The notes under the pieces were generated by a model. It did not search any database, was not told the origin of the DNA, and was given only the letters and a program-made list of their open reading frames with translations. From Callorhinchus milii (lineage: Eukaryota): a stretch of 64,000 nucleotides of DNA. A program made the translations under genes and the position numbers. This document shows positions 63,610 through 64,000 of the stretch, one piece after another. The stretch is from assembly GCF_018977255.1 (NCBI RefSeq), contig NW_024704742.1, positions 44,146,001 to 44,210,000 of the forward strand, read 5' to 3'. Position 1 is the stretch's first letter; every line of letters begins with the position of its first letter.

Positions 63610-64000
63610 CGCTCTGTGTCTGTGTGTGTAAGTGTCTGTGTGTCCTCTCCCCCTGTGCAGTCTGTGTGTGTGTGTCTGTGTGTGTTCTCCCCCCCCTGTG
63701 CAGCCTGTGTGTGTGTGTGTGTGTGTGTCACCCTCTCCCCCTGTGTGTGTGTGTGTCCCTCCCTCTCCCCCTGTGTGTGTGTCTGTGTGTGTTCTCCCCC
63801 CCTGTGCAGCCTGTGTGTGTGTGTGTCCTCTCCCCCTGTGTCTGTGTGTGTGTGTGTCCTCTCCCCCTGTGTCTGTGTGTGTGTGTGTCCTCTCTCCCTG
63901 TGTCTGTGTGTGTGTGTGTGTCCTCTCCCCCTGTGTGTGTGTGTGTGTCCTCTCTCCCTGTGTCTGTGTGTGTGTGTGTGTCCTCTCCCCCTGTGTGTGT
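63610..64000 (+). repeat. Minisatellite about (GT)nCCTCTCCCCCTGT, runs off the window end
   Basis: Seen directly. Confidence 0.92.

Overview
This is vertebrate genomic DNA, not prokaryotic. It is most likely from a cartilaginous fish, possibly a chimaera/holocephalan; that is inferred only from the repeat families (CR1, L2, Deu-domain and CORE-like tRNA SINEs, shark-type Penelope palindromes). The first 24 kb holds the last ten coding exons of TBC1D19 on the + strand. They splice in frame through GT-AG introns to 254 codons plus a TGA at 23974-23976, followed by a polyA signal near 24216. From about 24.4 to 54.4 kb the sequence is intergenic and dense in decayed, often nested retroelements. 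From about 54.8 kb it becomes a CpG-island-like, repeat-saturated block. That block has a C-rich minisatellite inside an L2 3' UTR, G-rich and GA tracts, a probable first exon with a strong donor at 57518/57519, a 44-bp x4 hairpin/E2F-motif array and several kb of CA-based satellite. The most notable observations are a non-autonomous Helitron with all terminal hallmarks, Penelope-type palindromes carrying decayed minimal hammerhead ribozyme cores, a TA-flanked pogo/Tigger-like element, an unclassified four-copy repeat with a covarying hairpin, and a chimeric SINE sharing its 3' stem-loop with L2. I found no evidence of a new multi-gene system. The long ORFs in the track past about 54.5 kb are simple-repeat artefacts. 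Repeat boundaries are approximate and family names come from recalled consensus features, not a database search.
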